64,000 nt of DNA from Gracilinanus agilis (GCF_016433145.1 NC_058133.1:168158481-168222480); one strand, 5' to 3'. Numbered from the stretch's first letter, positions 20,975 through 34,299 are shown. Made by a program: numbers and translations. The notes: generated from the sequence alone by a model not told the origin.

Positions 20975-23944
20975 TTGGCTGGAAAATATTTTGGATGACC
21001 CTTTCCTTTTCTCTGAAACCATATCTTCTAATAGATACTTAAAAGGTGCCCCTTATAAATCTGGATGGACCTTGTAACCTGAAAGGTTCCCTACTTCAAC
21101 CCCAGAAATCCATGCAGCCTCCTTTTCCCCCTCACACATACAGTGCCTCTTTCAGCCCAGCTTTTCTCCCCAGTTCTTATTGGCTATGTTCCTGACCTTC
21201 CCCCTACCATATGACCATAATAATTTAAATAACTAAGTTATATAGCACTACCCCTTCTGAAGTTTTATGAGATGGGTAGTCCAGGTTTTCTCATCTGCAT
21301 TTTACACCTGAGGAAACTGAAACTCTTTGAGGTTAAGTGACATGATCATATTGCTAACAGGTATTAGAGGCAGGAATCATCTCAAATTTCCCAACTCTCA
21401 AATCAAGGGATCTTTCTCCTGCCCCATGATTCCCAATTCTGACTCAGATCTGGGGGATTGAAAGCTGGCTGTACTTTCCCTCCCCCTTAGGTCTTAATTT
21501 TATTCTTGGGTGTGGGTTGACTGTAAGTGGGTTGGGCTGGAGGTAGGGGAGAAGGGATGGGAAATCCCTCAGAAGTTCCCAGCTCTACTCCCTAAGTTTC
21601 CCTTCCCAGGATCGGCTCCACCCCAGAAACAACTGCATGTCGTACCTGTACCTCAGGAGCTGGGCTGGGCCATGGATTTCCTGGTGTGTGGAATGGGATT
21701 ATGAAATGGGTAACTTCTCCCCACATACCCTGAAAGAGTAGAGTATTTTGCCATTGTGTGGGGGGTGGGGGGTGGGGGGTTGGGAGGTGCTTTTTGCTCT
21801 CTGACCTTAGTGGCTTTATCCTAACCTTTGCTCCCAGTTTCTTCTCTGAGTATTCCCCCTTTTTTCTCTCCCTGCCTAGTCTTCAGTCCAGGAAACATTC
21901 CTGAGGCTTTTGCCATTTCCGGCTGCTTCCTACCACATTACTCTCCTCCCTTTCCTCCTCCCCCTGGCAGAGAAGGCAGATGTTCCCCACCCCCACCCCA
22001 AATCTCTGAAAGTCATTTAGTTTTTAGCTCTTTGGAATTGAATTTCTTCCATATTCTTTTCCAAATATTCCTTTACACTCACTGTTTTCTTACCTAGGAA
22101 GCTATGAGAATGTGAATGTCTTATAGGCGGTGCAAGAGTCTTGGGCACAGAGTATGTGGGATATGGGGGTATCCTCTAGATCTTCCTTTTTCTGTGACCC
22201 AGGGAGTGAGGAGATGGGAATAATAAATTTCTTCTCTTAGTGTCTTAGGAGTGATGGGTTAAAACAAGCACTTCTCTCCATTCTCCCTTCCCCATTTGGA
22301 GGATCATAGATTCTAAGCTGGAGGATATCTTAGAGGCCATCTAGGCTAACTCTTTTTCCCATCACTCATAGATGAGAGGTCTAAGACATGGAGAGATTGC
22401 CTATAAAGTCTCAAAAAGTAAAAATAGAATTTGAACCCTGTTCTTTTGACTTCAAATCCACCACTCCTTCCACTGCTTCTTTGTATTGCATTTGACTAGG
22501 AGATGAAAGGAAGCTTTTTTTCTCTCCCTAGGCTCAGGCTGCACCTAAGAGGGCTCAGTTTTGAATTTAGTCCCACTAGTCTTTTTAGCTGCCTGGTTTT
22601 GTAGGAATTTCTGCCCTCTCCTCCATTTGGTTTGTCAGGAAGTCAGGAACTTGTAGGTGGAGGAAATGGGTTTGGACTGTTTCCTGTATCCAAACTCAAA
22701 CATGACTCCCCAAAGTCCCCTTTTCTGCATAGTTAGAATATGGAGGGCCCCTTTTCTGAATGGGAAATTTCAGAATGCCATCCCAGAAGGGAGATTTAGG
22801 AATACCTGCGATAGAAGTAGCAATTAGATTCCCACTTGTTAGGCATCCCCCATGGATGGCCTCCTTTGCTTTTAAATTTGCTCTTACTACCAGGACCTCG
22901 TGGCTATGGAAATCTGGAAGCTTCCTAGCTTTGGGATTAGAACATAGCTCTCTGGGATTAGGATAATTAGGATATAGGATCCTGTGTCCAGTCATAGATT
23001 TTTCTTTCCTCATGGAATGAGTAAAGTGTCCATATACAAAGACAGATGAACCCTAGGATAGTGGAAATTTCCCCTGGAGAATTTTTGGCTAATGATGTCC
23101 TCATCTTCTGATTTTGGATTTCAGCTTCTTGGTCTGGTGATCAGGAAGAGTGGGTAGTAGAGCCTTGCCCACTTTCCAGATGGTGCTCTCTTGGTTTAAC
23201 TAGCACCTTGGGAGGAAACTGGTAGCTGGGCTCTCCTGGCCATTCACTGTGTAGTACAGATGGGGTCAGAACTGCCTTGGATTGGCTTAGTTTATGTTAA
23301 GTTGAGATGCTAAAAAGGTGAATGAGACTCATCTCACAAGATCCCCAGAGTCCCTAATGTCTCCCTTAGAGGTTTTGTTGGGCTGGCTCTACTGATGCAC
23401 TGGTTTGGCCTTGCTCCCTCACCCTTGCAATCTTTCTTGGCTCTCTGCTTGCCTTGTCCCTCTGCTGTCTTTCTTCCCTGCCCTGTTCCTCCCACCCCCC
23501 AGAGAAGAGAGATTCCCTCTCTACTATATCACCAGCTGTTGTGGCAGATTTAGCTAATGGCCTTGAGGCTCTCTGGAGATCTTCTTCTCCCCAGGGCAAA
23601 CAGTGGTAAGGGTCTTGAGGACAAGGTTGCCAGAATTTCTAACTGGGGTGGGAAGGGGAAATAAGTTAAAGACTTGCCCCCCCCTCCCCCCGTTTTCCCT
23701 ATCTTCTTCTGTTTCCTTTTCCACTATGCCCCGGCTTCCTGCCTTCCCCTCCCCCTTCCTAGTGTCAGACATTAGACTTTCAGATCTATTCTATCTTCTC
23801 ATCCTTTCCCTTTTCCCCATTCCGGGTTATGCCCAGTTGGGAGAGGGGGGGGTGGGTATGTGGAAATGGGAGGGGCACCGAGATTCCCTCCCTTAGGATT
23901 TGAGACCTTGGGTGGGGTAGAATTGGGGGGCTCTGCCCCTTCTG

Positions 23945-24269
23945 TGTGCCTGTGAGTCAGCACTGTCTTCCTGATTGGCCTCTGTTTACCAACCCTCCTC
24001 CCCTGGGGAGGAGCCAAACTGTTCCTGGACCAGATCTCTCTTCTTCAGCCAGAGAAGAGGCTACATGCTAGGCGGGGTTGGAGCTAGGGGTTGTCTGGGT
24101 CTGAGCTGGGGGAGTGGTGGTCTCCTTGGCTTTCCCTGCAAGGGCTCTGTGACTACCTGCCTGTATATATCCGATCAGTTTAAGGGTCTGGGAATGCCCC
24201 CAGCCCGGCCCCCTTACCCTGGCTGGGGGGAGGGCCGGGCTGGACAGCAGCTCCCCTATTGCCCCAGCC
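23945..24269 (+). promoter_or_regulatory. p66Shc alternative intronic promoter region
   Basis: Directly upstream of the p66 ATG, which has a strong Kozak context (ccagccATGG). ARE/AP-1 composite GTGAGTCAGCA at 23952-23962 and a CCAAT-type ATTGG nearby. Confidence 0.6.
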
Positions 24270-27200
24270 ATGGATCTCCTGCCCCCTAAGCCCAAGTACA
24301 ACCCTCTTCGGAATGAATCTATATCATCATTGGAAGAGGGGACTCTGGGATCCTTATCTCCTGGAGAACTCTCCTCTCCATCTGCCTCTTCCCTGGGACC
24401 CATCTTGCCCTCGATGCTGGGGGATGAGAGTCCTACAACCCTTTGCTCTTTTTTTCCTCGGATGAGCAATTTGAAGCTAGCCAACCCAACTGGGGGGCGG
24501 CTAGGGCCCTCTGAAGAGTCAGGACAGGGACCTGAGGATAGGGAGAGAAATGTAGGGGGCGCTGGGCTAGACTCAGGCCCTTCACCTCTTCTCCAGGACA
24601 TGAACAAACTGAGCGGCGGGCGGAGGACTCGGGTGGAAGGGGGCCAGCTGGGGGGTGAGGAGTGGACTCGGCACGGGAGCTTTGTCAACAAGCCAACTCG
24701 GGGTTGGTTGCATCCCAACGACAAGGTCATGGGACCTGGGGTTTCCTACCTTGTTCGGGTGAGTGAGTATATCCTTCACCTTAAATATTCCTCTCCTTCC
24801 CCTCCTTAGTCCTCGTCTGCCTGACTCTTTTAAATTCCTTGTTTTGCTAGATTTTATGTTTTTCTTTCTTTACTAAATTCCCTTTTCAGGTCTATTGGTC
24901 CTTCGTATATTACTTCCTACCTACTTTGTTTCTTGTCCCAGATCCCTACTCCTTCCTGGTTCCTTTTTTTGCCCCCAAATTCTTCTGTAAACACCCCTGT
25001 TTCCTGTTCTCCATATCATTCTGGTCTTTTCCTCCAAGTACCTAAAGATTGTCTTTCCCCATTACTTTACATAGATGGTTTCTCTAACCTCTTCTTCTGT
25101 CCCTCCACACTAAGAACCAAGGGTTTTTTATATTTGGACACCAAGCAGGGTCAGTGGGGAAAATCATGAGGGATCTTTTGTGTGTATGTGTGATGAGTGT
25201 GATGCTGATAATATTTGGCAGAGGTCAAATGCTTTACTTTTCCCTCCCTCCCCCCCCCTTCCCACTCAGTACATGGGTTGTGTGGAAGTGCTCCAGTCAA
25301 TGAGGGCCTTGGATTTCAATACTCGAACACAGGTCACCAGGTGAGTAGAGTCTGTTTGGGGGTGAAGGTGGTTGGTATTGCTGGGGTCCCTACCAATTAG
25401 TGAACTGCTGGGGACTTGTGGTCATGATAGCAGGATGAGAGCATTGTTAATGAGTGATGGGTCACTTGGGGGAGCCCATTGAATAATACTAAGATCTAGG
25501 TCTCTCTCTACCTACCTAACCTTGGAATAGAGAAGGGGTAGCCCTTGAATCAAACAGCATTTGTTAGCGCTTACAGTATGCCAGGAACTATGCTAGGCCA
25601 TAGGAATACAAAGACATTGAAGGGTGGGGGCATGGATTCAGGGAAAATTAGTATTTGGTGACTAGAAGGGTTGAGGTTAAGGGGAAGTGACTGGGTCCAG
25701 CACTGAGCCCAGAGGCCCTAATCCAATCAGCCAGCCGGCAGCTCCTTAGTATCATCAAATATTAAAGGCCCTTAATTCAATCAGCTACTACAAAGAGCTC
25801 AGAGTGCCCCTGGAGCCTGTCCCTGGCTTCCCCTCCCTTAGACCTATGTTGGGGCCCCGGGAAATCTTTGTTTCTGAGTAAGTCTTTGTCTCCTCAGAGA
25901 AGCCATCAGTCTGGTGTGTGAGGCTGTGCCAGGAGCCAAGGGGGCTTCACGGAGGAGAAAGGTACTGGGAGCATTATTGTGGAGAGTGGGAGATGGAAAG
26001 AGAGAGGTAGAAGCCAGGAGAGATGTGAAGGGCCAGGGGAGGAGGGAAGGGAAGGTTAAATGGGTTTTGGCTGTAGAAAATGAGACTTCCTCAGTGGTAG
26101 GTCTGTGATTCTTAACCCCAAATTTTCTGTGCATCCTTTCTTAGCCCTGTAGTCGCCCGCTCAGCTCCATACTGGGGAGGAGTAATTTAAAGTTTGCTGG
26201 CATGCCCATAACCCTAACTGTTTCTACCAGTAGCCTCAACCTCATGGCTGCAGACTGTAAACAGGTTGGTTGGGTCTGAGGGGATTGGGGAGAGGGAAAC
26301 AGTCTAGCCAATGAAGAGGAATCAGAAATCCAGGGAATGGAGCTGAGGGAAGAATTGGGTTTCTGGGTGGAGGCAATTAGGGGGCCCTAGGTGGAAGGGA
26401 CCAAGGGATGGCACAGGAAGAAATAATGGAGCTAGTAGGGAAGGCAATACTGAGGGGTGAAGGATGAGGACCAGAGAGGAACTGCTAATATTGTCTCACC
26501 ACCCTGAATTCTCAGATCATTGCCAATCACCATATGCAATCAATCTCATTCGCATCTGGTGGGGATCCGGTGAGTTGTGGTATAAAGGGATGGTGGCTGG
26601 GGAGAAGTTGAATGGCTCTGGATTGGGGTGGTACAAAGTTGGGTGGAGGTGGGTTGGGCAGTGAAAAGGCTTTCAGGGGCTAGTGGGGAGATGAAGACAA
26701 GCTGGCTGATATTGTCCCGACTGGGAACCTGATCTCTTAGGACACTGCCGAATATGTTGCCTATGTTGCCAAAGATCCTGTCAATCAGAGAGGTAAGAGG
26801 GAGTCTGATGGGGTGGGTGAGGGAGACACTAATCCATCAATAAGGATGAAGAGTGGGTCAGAGTTCCCCTCCCTTTTGCCAGTTCTGCGGTCACTGAACA
26901 GAGGGAATTTGGAGCTTCCCTTGCCCAATGGGTGGCTATTTCCAAGGAGCCTGGGATGGCTGGGCTGGTGCCTGAACATCCCCAGCCCCAAACTTGTTGC
27001 TTATAAGGATAATACCTGCTATGCCCATAGCCTGCCACATCCTGGAGTGTCCAGAAGGACTAGCACAGGATGTCATCAGCACCATTGGCCAGGCCTTTGA
27101 GCTGCGCTTCAAACAATACCTCAGGAACCCACCCAAGCTTGTCACTCCCCATGACAGGTAGGATGAAGACTAGGGATGTGGGCATTGGGGTGGGAATATT

Positions 27201-30200
27201 CTCCAGAGAAAAGAATGCTTAGGGATACAGTAAAGACCCAAATTACCCTATCAGTCCAGCAAGCATTGTTGCAGCTCTTACTGTGTGCAAGGCATGATGC
27301 TATTGAGTATGGGGATACAAAGAAAAAAAAAAAGATCAACAGTCATTGTCTTGTGCTCCCCTCTCCCAGCTTATGTTCTACTTGGGAGAATACAGCATTT
27401 CAACAAATTGATATAATAAAACAATTAAATTTGACAAAGAGAGCTCTCTGACATCTAGGTGGGGGCCAAAGAGAAGCCAGTGAGGCCATTCAGGAAGTGA
27501 CACAGGTGTTGGGCATTGCTGAAAGACAGATTTTCTTAGCAGGGGAGGTGAAGAAGGACATTCCAGGCATGCATCGGCCCTCTGTGGCCTTATGTCATTG
27601 ACAGATTCTTTCTTGAGCTAAAAGAACCTTAAAGAACAGAGGAGGTGGCCCTGTGTGGCCTCATGTCCTTACTGCCTGTCCTGCTTCTGTCTTCCCTATG
27701 TTTCCAGTGGCCTTTTGAGAATTCTTTCCTGGGGTCTAATTTCTAGCCTTGCACCCACTACTACAATTGGTCCTTTCATCCTGTTCTTTCTTTGGAAAGA
27801 TGGGCCACTTTGGAATCTAGCATGCCCTCTTTCAAGATAGGCCTCCTCTTCACAGATCCGGGCCCCTAATGCTTTGTCTGGCAAAAGCTAATGGCTGTCA
27901 TTTTACTAGTATATAGTTCTTTAAGGTTTGCAAAGCCCTTTACATCAATATCTCATTTGATCTTTACAGCAACCCTGGAAGGCTGGTATTCTTTTTTTAA
28001 CCCCTTACCTTCCATCTTAGAATTAATACTGGGTATTGGTTCCAAGGCAGAAGAGTGGTAAGGGCTAGGCAATGGGGGTCAAGTGACTTGCCCAGGGTCA
28101 CACAGCTGGGAAGTGTCTGAGGCCAGATTTGAATCTAGGACCTTCCAACTCTGGGCCTGGCTCTCAATTCACTGAGCCACCCAGCTGCCCCCAGAGGCAG
28201 GTACTCTTATAATCCCCCCCTCCCCCCATTTATAGATGAGGAAACTGAAGCAAACAGAAGTTACGTGACTTTTTCAGGGTCACACAGCTAGTAATTATCT
28301 CCAAGGCTGGGTTTGAACTGAAATCTTCCTGAATCTAGGTCTAGTACTCTTATCTGCAATATCACCCAGTTTCCTCTAGATGAGAATCAACAGGGTATAG
28401 TGGATAGAGTGCTGGACTTGGATTCAGGAAGAACTTAAGTTCAGATCTTGCTTCTGAACCCAACTAGAGGAGTGACTGAGGACAAGTAACTTCTCTCTTG
28501 TGCCCTGTAAATGAGGAGATTGTATTTGATGGCCTATAAGCCCCCTTAGAATAAGCTAGGTTCCTTATTCTTGCTGCTTTTCCTCTTTGACCTTCTGGCT
28601 TCTCAAATACTAGAAATCTGACTTCCCATATAGGAGCTAGAAAACAAGAGCCTACTCTTTGGGTGACAGATGTGTAATCTCCACTTTAGGATAGCTGCCC
28701 TCTGCAGGCCAGGCTGGACTAGGACCAGAGAATGAATGAACTTTCCTTTTCCCTTCTCTCAGGATGGCTGGTTTTGATGGCTCAGCTTGGGATGAGGAGG
28801 AGGAAGATCCACCTGACCATCAATACTACAATGACTTCCCAGGGAAGGAGCCCCCCCTTGGTGGGGTAGTAGACATGAGACTTCGGGATGGACCTGCCCC
28901 AGGGAGTCCTTGGCCACCCACACCCAGCAACCAGACCACCAACCACCTAGGAGCCACCTTGGTATGTTGCCCAAGATGAGCTAGGAGAAAGGTAAGGCTA
29001 TTAGTGACTCTAGTTCTCATGTTGTATTTACCCCTCCCCTCCCCCAGCCCGTTGGACAGCTAGCTGGTGGGGACCCTGATATTCGAAAACAGTTGCCAAC
29101 TCCTGGACCAGGTATGAAGGAAGGTTGGAGAATTGGGGTTGGAGATGGAGTTTAAGGGCATTACCAACTCTAGGATATTGACTGACACTCTTTATTTCCT
29201 TGGTAGGTAGAGAACTATTTGATGATCCCTCCTATGTCAATGTCCAGAACCTGGAAAAAGTCCGGCAAGGAGCTGGTGGTCCTTCGAACCCTACTACCAA
29301 TGGTAGTGCCCCACGTGACCTCTTTGACATGAGTAAGTATTATTCTTTTCCCCCCTAGCTTTTATTTTCTCTTTCTATTTCCCCTGCTGGTTTGGTTTTT
29401 TTTCCCTTCCAGTTTCTCTTCTTTCTGTTCCCATATTTTCCTTCTTTCTTGATTTCCTCTTGCTTCAAATGATCTGTTATCAACCACATGATAGTAGGCT
29501 GTTGGGGTAGACCTAGGGAAAATAACCCATCTTTATCTTGACCTCCTTTTACTTCCTCAGAGCCATTTGAAGATGCGCTTCGGGTCCCCCCACCTTCCCC
29601 TACACCACCAATGGCTGAGCAGCTCCGGGCAGAGCCCTGGTTTCATGGCAAGTTGAATAGGAGGGAGGCAGAAGGGCAGCTGAGGCTCAATGGGGACTTC
29701 CTTGTTCGGGAGAGTACGACCACTCCAGGCCAGTATGTCCTTACTGGCCTACAGAGTGGCCAGCCCAAACATTTGCTGCTTGTCGACCCTGAAGGTGTGG
29801 TAAGTTTGTGGATGTGCGTGGGTGGGCTCTGGCCTTTTCTCACCATCTTGAGACATCGCTCTTCTTTGCACTTGTTTTTACTGCCATCTCCCTACCCCTT
29901 CACCCCCCTCCTTGCCTAACTCCTATTTCTTCCCATTACTGGTTTCTGTCCAAATGAGCTACATCTTTGAGGGAGTATTTCCTTACTCAACCCCACTAAG
30001 GTTCTTAGGTCTGATGATAGGCATGTCTGTTCTCTCTAGCTTCCATCCACTTTATTTTTATTTTACTTTATTATAAAGATATTTTTTTTTACCAATTACA
30101 TGTAATAACAAATTTTCACAAAAGTTTTCTGAAGTTATATGATCCAAATTGTCTCCCTTTCTCTTACCCTTCCCCCTCCCAGAGCTGACAAGCAATTCAA

Positions 30201-32172
30201 TCTAGGTTACACACAAATGTATTATCATGCAAAACATATTTCCACATTGATCATATTTGTAAAGAGAATGATCGTATAAAACCAAAACCCAAAACAAAAA
30301 CCCAGCTAAACTGAAGTGAAAAATTGCATGCTTTGATCTGCATTCGGACCCCAATAGTTCTTTCTTTGGAGGTGGAGAGCATTCTTTGTCCTAAGTCCCT
30401 CAGAATTGTCCTGGATCATTGTATTGCTGAGAACAGCTAAGTGTATTGCAGTTGATCAGTTCACAATATTGCTGTTACTGTTCAATCCACTTTATTTTTT
30501 TGTTGTTGTTTTTTGTTTGTTTGTTTTTAACCCTTAACTTCTGTGTATTGGCTCTTAGGTGGAGGAGTGGTAAGGGTGGGCAATGGGGGTCAAGTGACTT
30601 GCCCAGGGTCACACAGCTGGGAAGTGTTTGAGGCCGGATTTGAGGCTAGGACCTCCTGTCTCTAGGCCTGACTCTCAATCCACTGAGCTACCCAGCTGCC
30701 CCTCAATCCACTTTAAAATCAAAGAATATTCAAATGTTAGGAAGAGACTATATTTTATTTTGTTTTTAGGTCCTTATTCTTTTTACTTCCTTAACCCTTT
30801 TTTTTCCCCAAAAATTGAGAAAACAAGAAAACAACTTCTGTTACAAACATGTTTAGTCAAGTAAAACAAATTGCCACATTGGCCTCAGTTTCCTTTTTGG
30901 TAAAATCAGCATAACAGTCTTTACTTCCCAGAATTGTAGTGAGAATCAAATGAGATAACATATGTAAAATGTTTTACAAATCTTAAAATTGTTCTACTAA
31001 TGCTAGCTATTATTAGTACTTTTTCTTATTACAGATAAAGGAATAGGGCTGAGAAGGTGTTAGAAGCAAACTAAAGGTCACACAGCTAGAGCCTCCTGAC
31101 TCCCAAATTCAGTATCTTCTTCCCCATAATGTTCTACCATCCTATGCACTTTTTTGCCAAGAATCTACCTTGCATGATTCCATAAGATCCTTAGAGGTAC
31201 ACATACACTTTTAGCCCATTTCCTCTATAATTGTTAATCATTTTCCTCCCATAATGCTTACTTATTCTCTACTCTCCCCTTCCCTTCTGTGACTCCCTCT
31301 AGAACATTGTGTGTGACTTTCCTAGGGGAGTAAGTCAGTATATCCCTCCCCTTTGCAAATATGTGCCTTCCTTTATCTTTACCCAAACTAGACCATTCAT
31401 TATTAATTGATTTAATAGTTAATGCTTGTAGTCCTTTGTCCTCTGGGTATGTTTTTTTGCTCTACCCTTCTCCTTTCTTAAAATCATCTCTTATCTTTTT
31501 TCTTCTCCAAATAATCAGGATCCCTCAATGATAGCTGCTGGCTTGATACCCAGATCTTGTTCAGTCTGATACATTTTCTTCATTCTTTTTATCCTTTCCT
31601 ACTTACTTTCCAGCTGCCTCTTTTCTCTCTTAACATTCTCCCTTTTCTCTTAGATGCCTTAGAGTCTTCAGTTATTGGGAGGTGAATGCTTTTCCATTTG
31701 ATTCATCTATCCCTTTTTTTCTTTTTTTTTGTTAAAACTCTTACCTTCCAACTTAGAATCAATACTGTGTATTGGTTCCAAGGCAGAAAAGCAGTAAGGG
31801 GTTAAGTGCAATGGGGGTTAAGTGACTTGCCCAGGGTCAATAGCTAGGAAGTGTCTGAGGCCACATTTGAACCTAGGACCTCCTGTTTCTAAGCCTGGAT
31901 CTCAGTCTACTGAGCTACCCAGCTGCCCCCTCAGTTATCCTTCTAATCCTTCTAACTAGTTTCTACTGCCTCCTGTCTCCCCCCCCCCCAAAAACAAACC
32001 CCAACCTCTTCGAATCTGAATTTCTTTTATCATCTACCACTAGGTTCGGACAAAGGATCATCGATTCGAGAGCGTCAGTCATCTCATCAGCTACCACATG
32101 GACAATCACCTCCCTATCATCTCTGCAGGCAGCGAGCTATGTCTTCAGCAGCCTGTGGAAAGGAAGCTGTAA
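24270..32172 (+). CDS. SHC1: SHC-transforming protein 1, p66 isoform (CH2-PTB-CH1-SH2), 577 aa
   Basis: Exons 24270-24758, 25270-25340, 25898-25961, 26145-26264, 26516-26569, 26741-26792, 27031-27157, 28763-28961, 29048-29111, 29207-29332, 29561-29799, 32044-32172. Total 1734 nt, all GT-AG. S36-P37, S54, C59, GGEEW, QYYNDF, YVNV and SH2 FLVRES motifs are present. Confidence 0.98.
24600..32172 (+). CDS. SHC1: SHC1 p52 isoform (ATG 24600); p46 start at ATG 24729
   Basis: Internal acceptor cttctccAG|GACATG at 24596/24597 lets exon 1 (donor 19880) splice just before MNKLSGG. In-frame MGPGV at 24729. Confidence 0.9.
27992..28192 (-). mobile_element. SINE1_Mdo-like SINE inserted into a MIR
   Basis: Full reverse-complement body with MIR-like sequence on both sides (about 27890-27990 and 28195-28370). 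Confidence 0.85.
30050..30880 (-). mobile_element. L1-like 3' end (interrupted by a SINE)
   Basis: T-rich start followed by sequence homologous to 35440-36310 and to the reverse complement of 52440-52669. Confidence 0.55.
30495..30702 (-). mobile_element. SINE1_Mdo-like SINE (short-tail variant)
   Basis: Perfect 13-bp TSD TCAATCCACTTTA (30482-30494, 30703-30715); inserted into an L1-like 3' end. Confidence 0.9.
31713..31930 (-). mobile_element. SINE1_Mdo-like SINE
   Basis: Reverse-complement body with poly(T) tail. Confidence 0.85.
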
Positions 32173-33560
32173 CTGACCTGATTCTGTCTCCAACCTTGCT
32201 CCAGCTTCCAGGACACTCCCTTTCACTTTTCTGGTCTCAAATCCAACAGTTTTCTGGGGGAAAATGCTATGGTTGAAGTACTCTGTGTGGTATCTGTGAG
32301 TGGCCTGGATCCTAGCATTCAGGACCCTGAGGAGGGATTAATCCTTCTCCCCTACCAGAGTATTAGATTAGCCCCTAGATGGGTCTGGGGAAGACCCCCT
32401 AATGGGAGAAAGGAATCTTAGGGAAAATTCCAGTGGAATAGGATTTTTCTTCAAAGGGATATCATTCTGTCCCTCCTCCAGTGTTTAAACCTCGTGCCTT
32501 TGACCATGCGCCAGGTCAGAATAAGTTTTATGCAAAGTTTTCCTATGGGCTAGAAATGATGATACACTCTATCTGCCCCCAGGATTCCGTCCCTCAGCCC
32601 TCCCTTAGCTTGGTTCCCCCATAATGGGCTTGGGAGACCAGAGGCAGATGTGGTTGCTTGCCCTTCCTCAAAGAGGATGCTCAGTCCTTAAGAGTATCTC
32701 CCAGAACCCCTGTTCCTGGCCAGGGGAAGGTGAATGTCACATCTCAACTCCTCCCCTCTGCCACAAACAAAGAGTGCCTCCTGGCCAGGGGGCCCCCTTC
32801 TCTAGGGGTCTGTATATACATTTCGTAAACATCCACCCCACCCCACTTCCAGCGTTTGCATGCACATCATCCTACTCTACAGCCAAAGTGTAGCCCCTTG
32901 TAGCCTCTCCAACTCTTTTGGGTTGGACAGTGAATCCAGTGTTTGGTTTGTCTATACAGTCAACTCTCAATTTTCTGCATTAATTTGAGGGGGTGATGAT
33001 TATCTATAGCAGTGGATAATCCTCTATAGTTTTTTATTTAGTTGGGAATGTTTTAGTTTTGGGCAGCAGAATTATTTCCTAATTTTGTCTTGCTTGAGCA
33101 TAAAAGTTATCTTTATACATATAGCACCTTTTAAAATTTTTTTCAAAGACCTTAATCTATTATATCGTTTTACCATCATGACAAGCCTATGAAATAAATA
33201 GCATAGGCATTATTATCTCCATTTTACAGGTGAAAAAAATTGATGCAGAGAGAAACTTAGGTGACTGTTAAGGGCCACATAGCTAGCAAAAGGCCAGGAC
33301 TAAAAGCCAGACTTCCTCCTAGCCTAGAAAAAAGGCTGGAATTTAACTTTGCTGCAGATAAGCCTCAGAAGGAATCATTCAAATCTATGTATTGAGTACC
33401 TACTGCTAGGCATAGTGAGGAATACAGAAAAGGTAGAAGGAGTTGTAGATAATGGAGAGTTGACTGTATCTTTTATCTCCTTCTCTTCCATTTCTCTCTC
33501 CTACCCTTATTTTGTTTGAATCTATTCACGGGTCTCACTTATATACCAAAGGGAAATGTC

Positions 33561-33566
33561 ATTAAA
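33561..33566 (+). terminator. Probable SHC1 polyadenylation signal ATTAAA
   Basis: About 1.4 kb after the stop, followed by T-rich and then GT-rich sequence. Confidence 0.55.
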
Positions 33567-33824
33567 GATCATTATTTCTTTTATCAAATGTCTCCTTTTC
33601 AATCCAGTACCCCTTCTTCAGTTCCTTTGGGGTCGGCTTGGGGTTGGAGGAAATCACAGTAAGCTTCTGCTAGAAGTGAAGGGAATATGTATGTAATTTG
33701 GGCATAGGTGGTGGCATGGTATGAGGGGTAATAGATGGGTAATAGATGTGGGAGAGGGGTGTGTGTCTGTGTCTGATGTTTGACTATATTGTGATATATC
33801 AGTAGTTGTAGTCTAGGAAAGGAC

Positions 33825-34060
33825 AAGTATGTGCCTGGGTGTATAGTATCACTGTGAGAGGGGTGTATGTGGTAGTGGCACAGTTGTAGGTGCTTCTGGA
33901 GGGAGTATCACTAGGAGGGGTGAATGGGTGTGATGCTGACAGCTGTACACATGTCTGGGTGAAGTATCACTGTAGGAGGGGTGGGTGTGAGTGTGGTGGT
34001 GACACGGCCGTGTGCCTAGGTACGGTGACATGTGAGAAGGGATGCTTAGCTGGGTATGAT
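33825..34060. repeat. Degenerate ~59-bp tandem repeat (3-4 units)
   Basis: AGTATCACT(G/A)...GAGGGG recurs at 33845, 33904 and 33963, with a weaker fourth unit from about 34010. Confidence 0.6.
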
Positions 34061-34299
34061 GGTGGGGGAAATGTAGTCTAGTATGATATTAACAAGCCGT
34101 GGTTTCCGCTCCCAGACCTTGTGGATGGCTGGTTGAAGATGGGGGTGGGGCGGACGCCAGCGCAGGGCACCGAGTCGGCTTAGTCTGACCCCTCCAGGAT
34201 GGTACAGTCTACTCAAGAACGGGTGCGCTGTGGTATGCTCCGACCTGGCTGGATCTTCCCTCCAGAGTCGTAGTCTCCCGGGGCTCTGTGCTGATGGTA

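Noticed and set aside
21755-21790. G-quadruplex-forming G runs (also about 46185-46206 and 34700-34720)
   Set aside because: Common in this GC-rich isochore, with no specific evidence of function.
24414-24416. Extra in-frame Met49 in the p66Shc CH2 region as a new isoform start
   Set aside because: Its Kozak context is weak and it lies downstream of a strong p66 start, so leaky use is unlikely.
24068-24730. 220-aa minus-strand ORF
   Set aside because: Antisense shadow of the GC-rich SHC1 CH2 exon, with no recognisable domain.
29207-29210. Tandem acceptor TAGGTAG at SHC1 exon 10
   Set aside because: The second AG is 4 nt downstream and would frameshift; it is not a NAGNAG.
33825-34060. Regularly spaced repeat as a CRISPR-like array
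   Set aside because: Eukaryotic context, degenerate units and related 'spacers'; it is a minisatellite.
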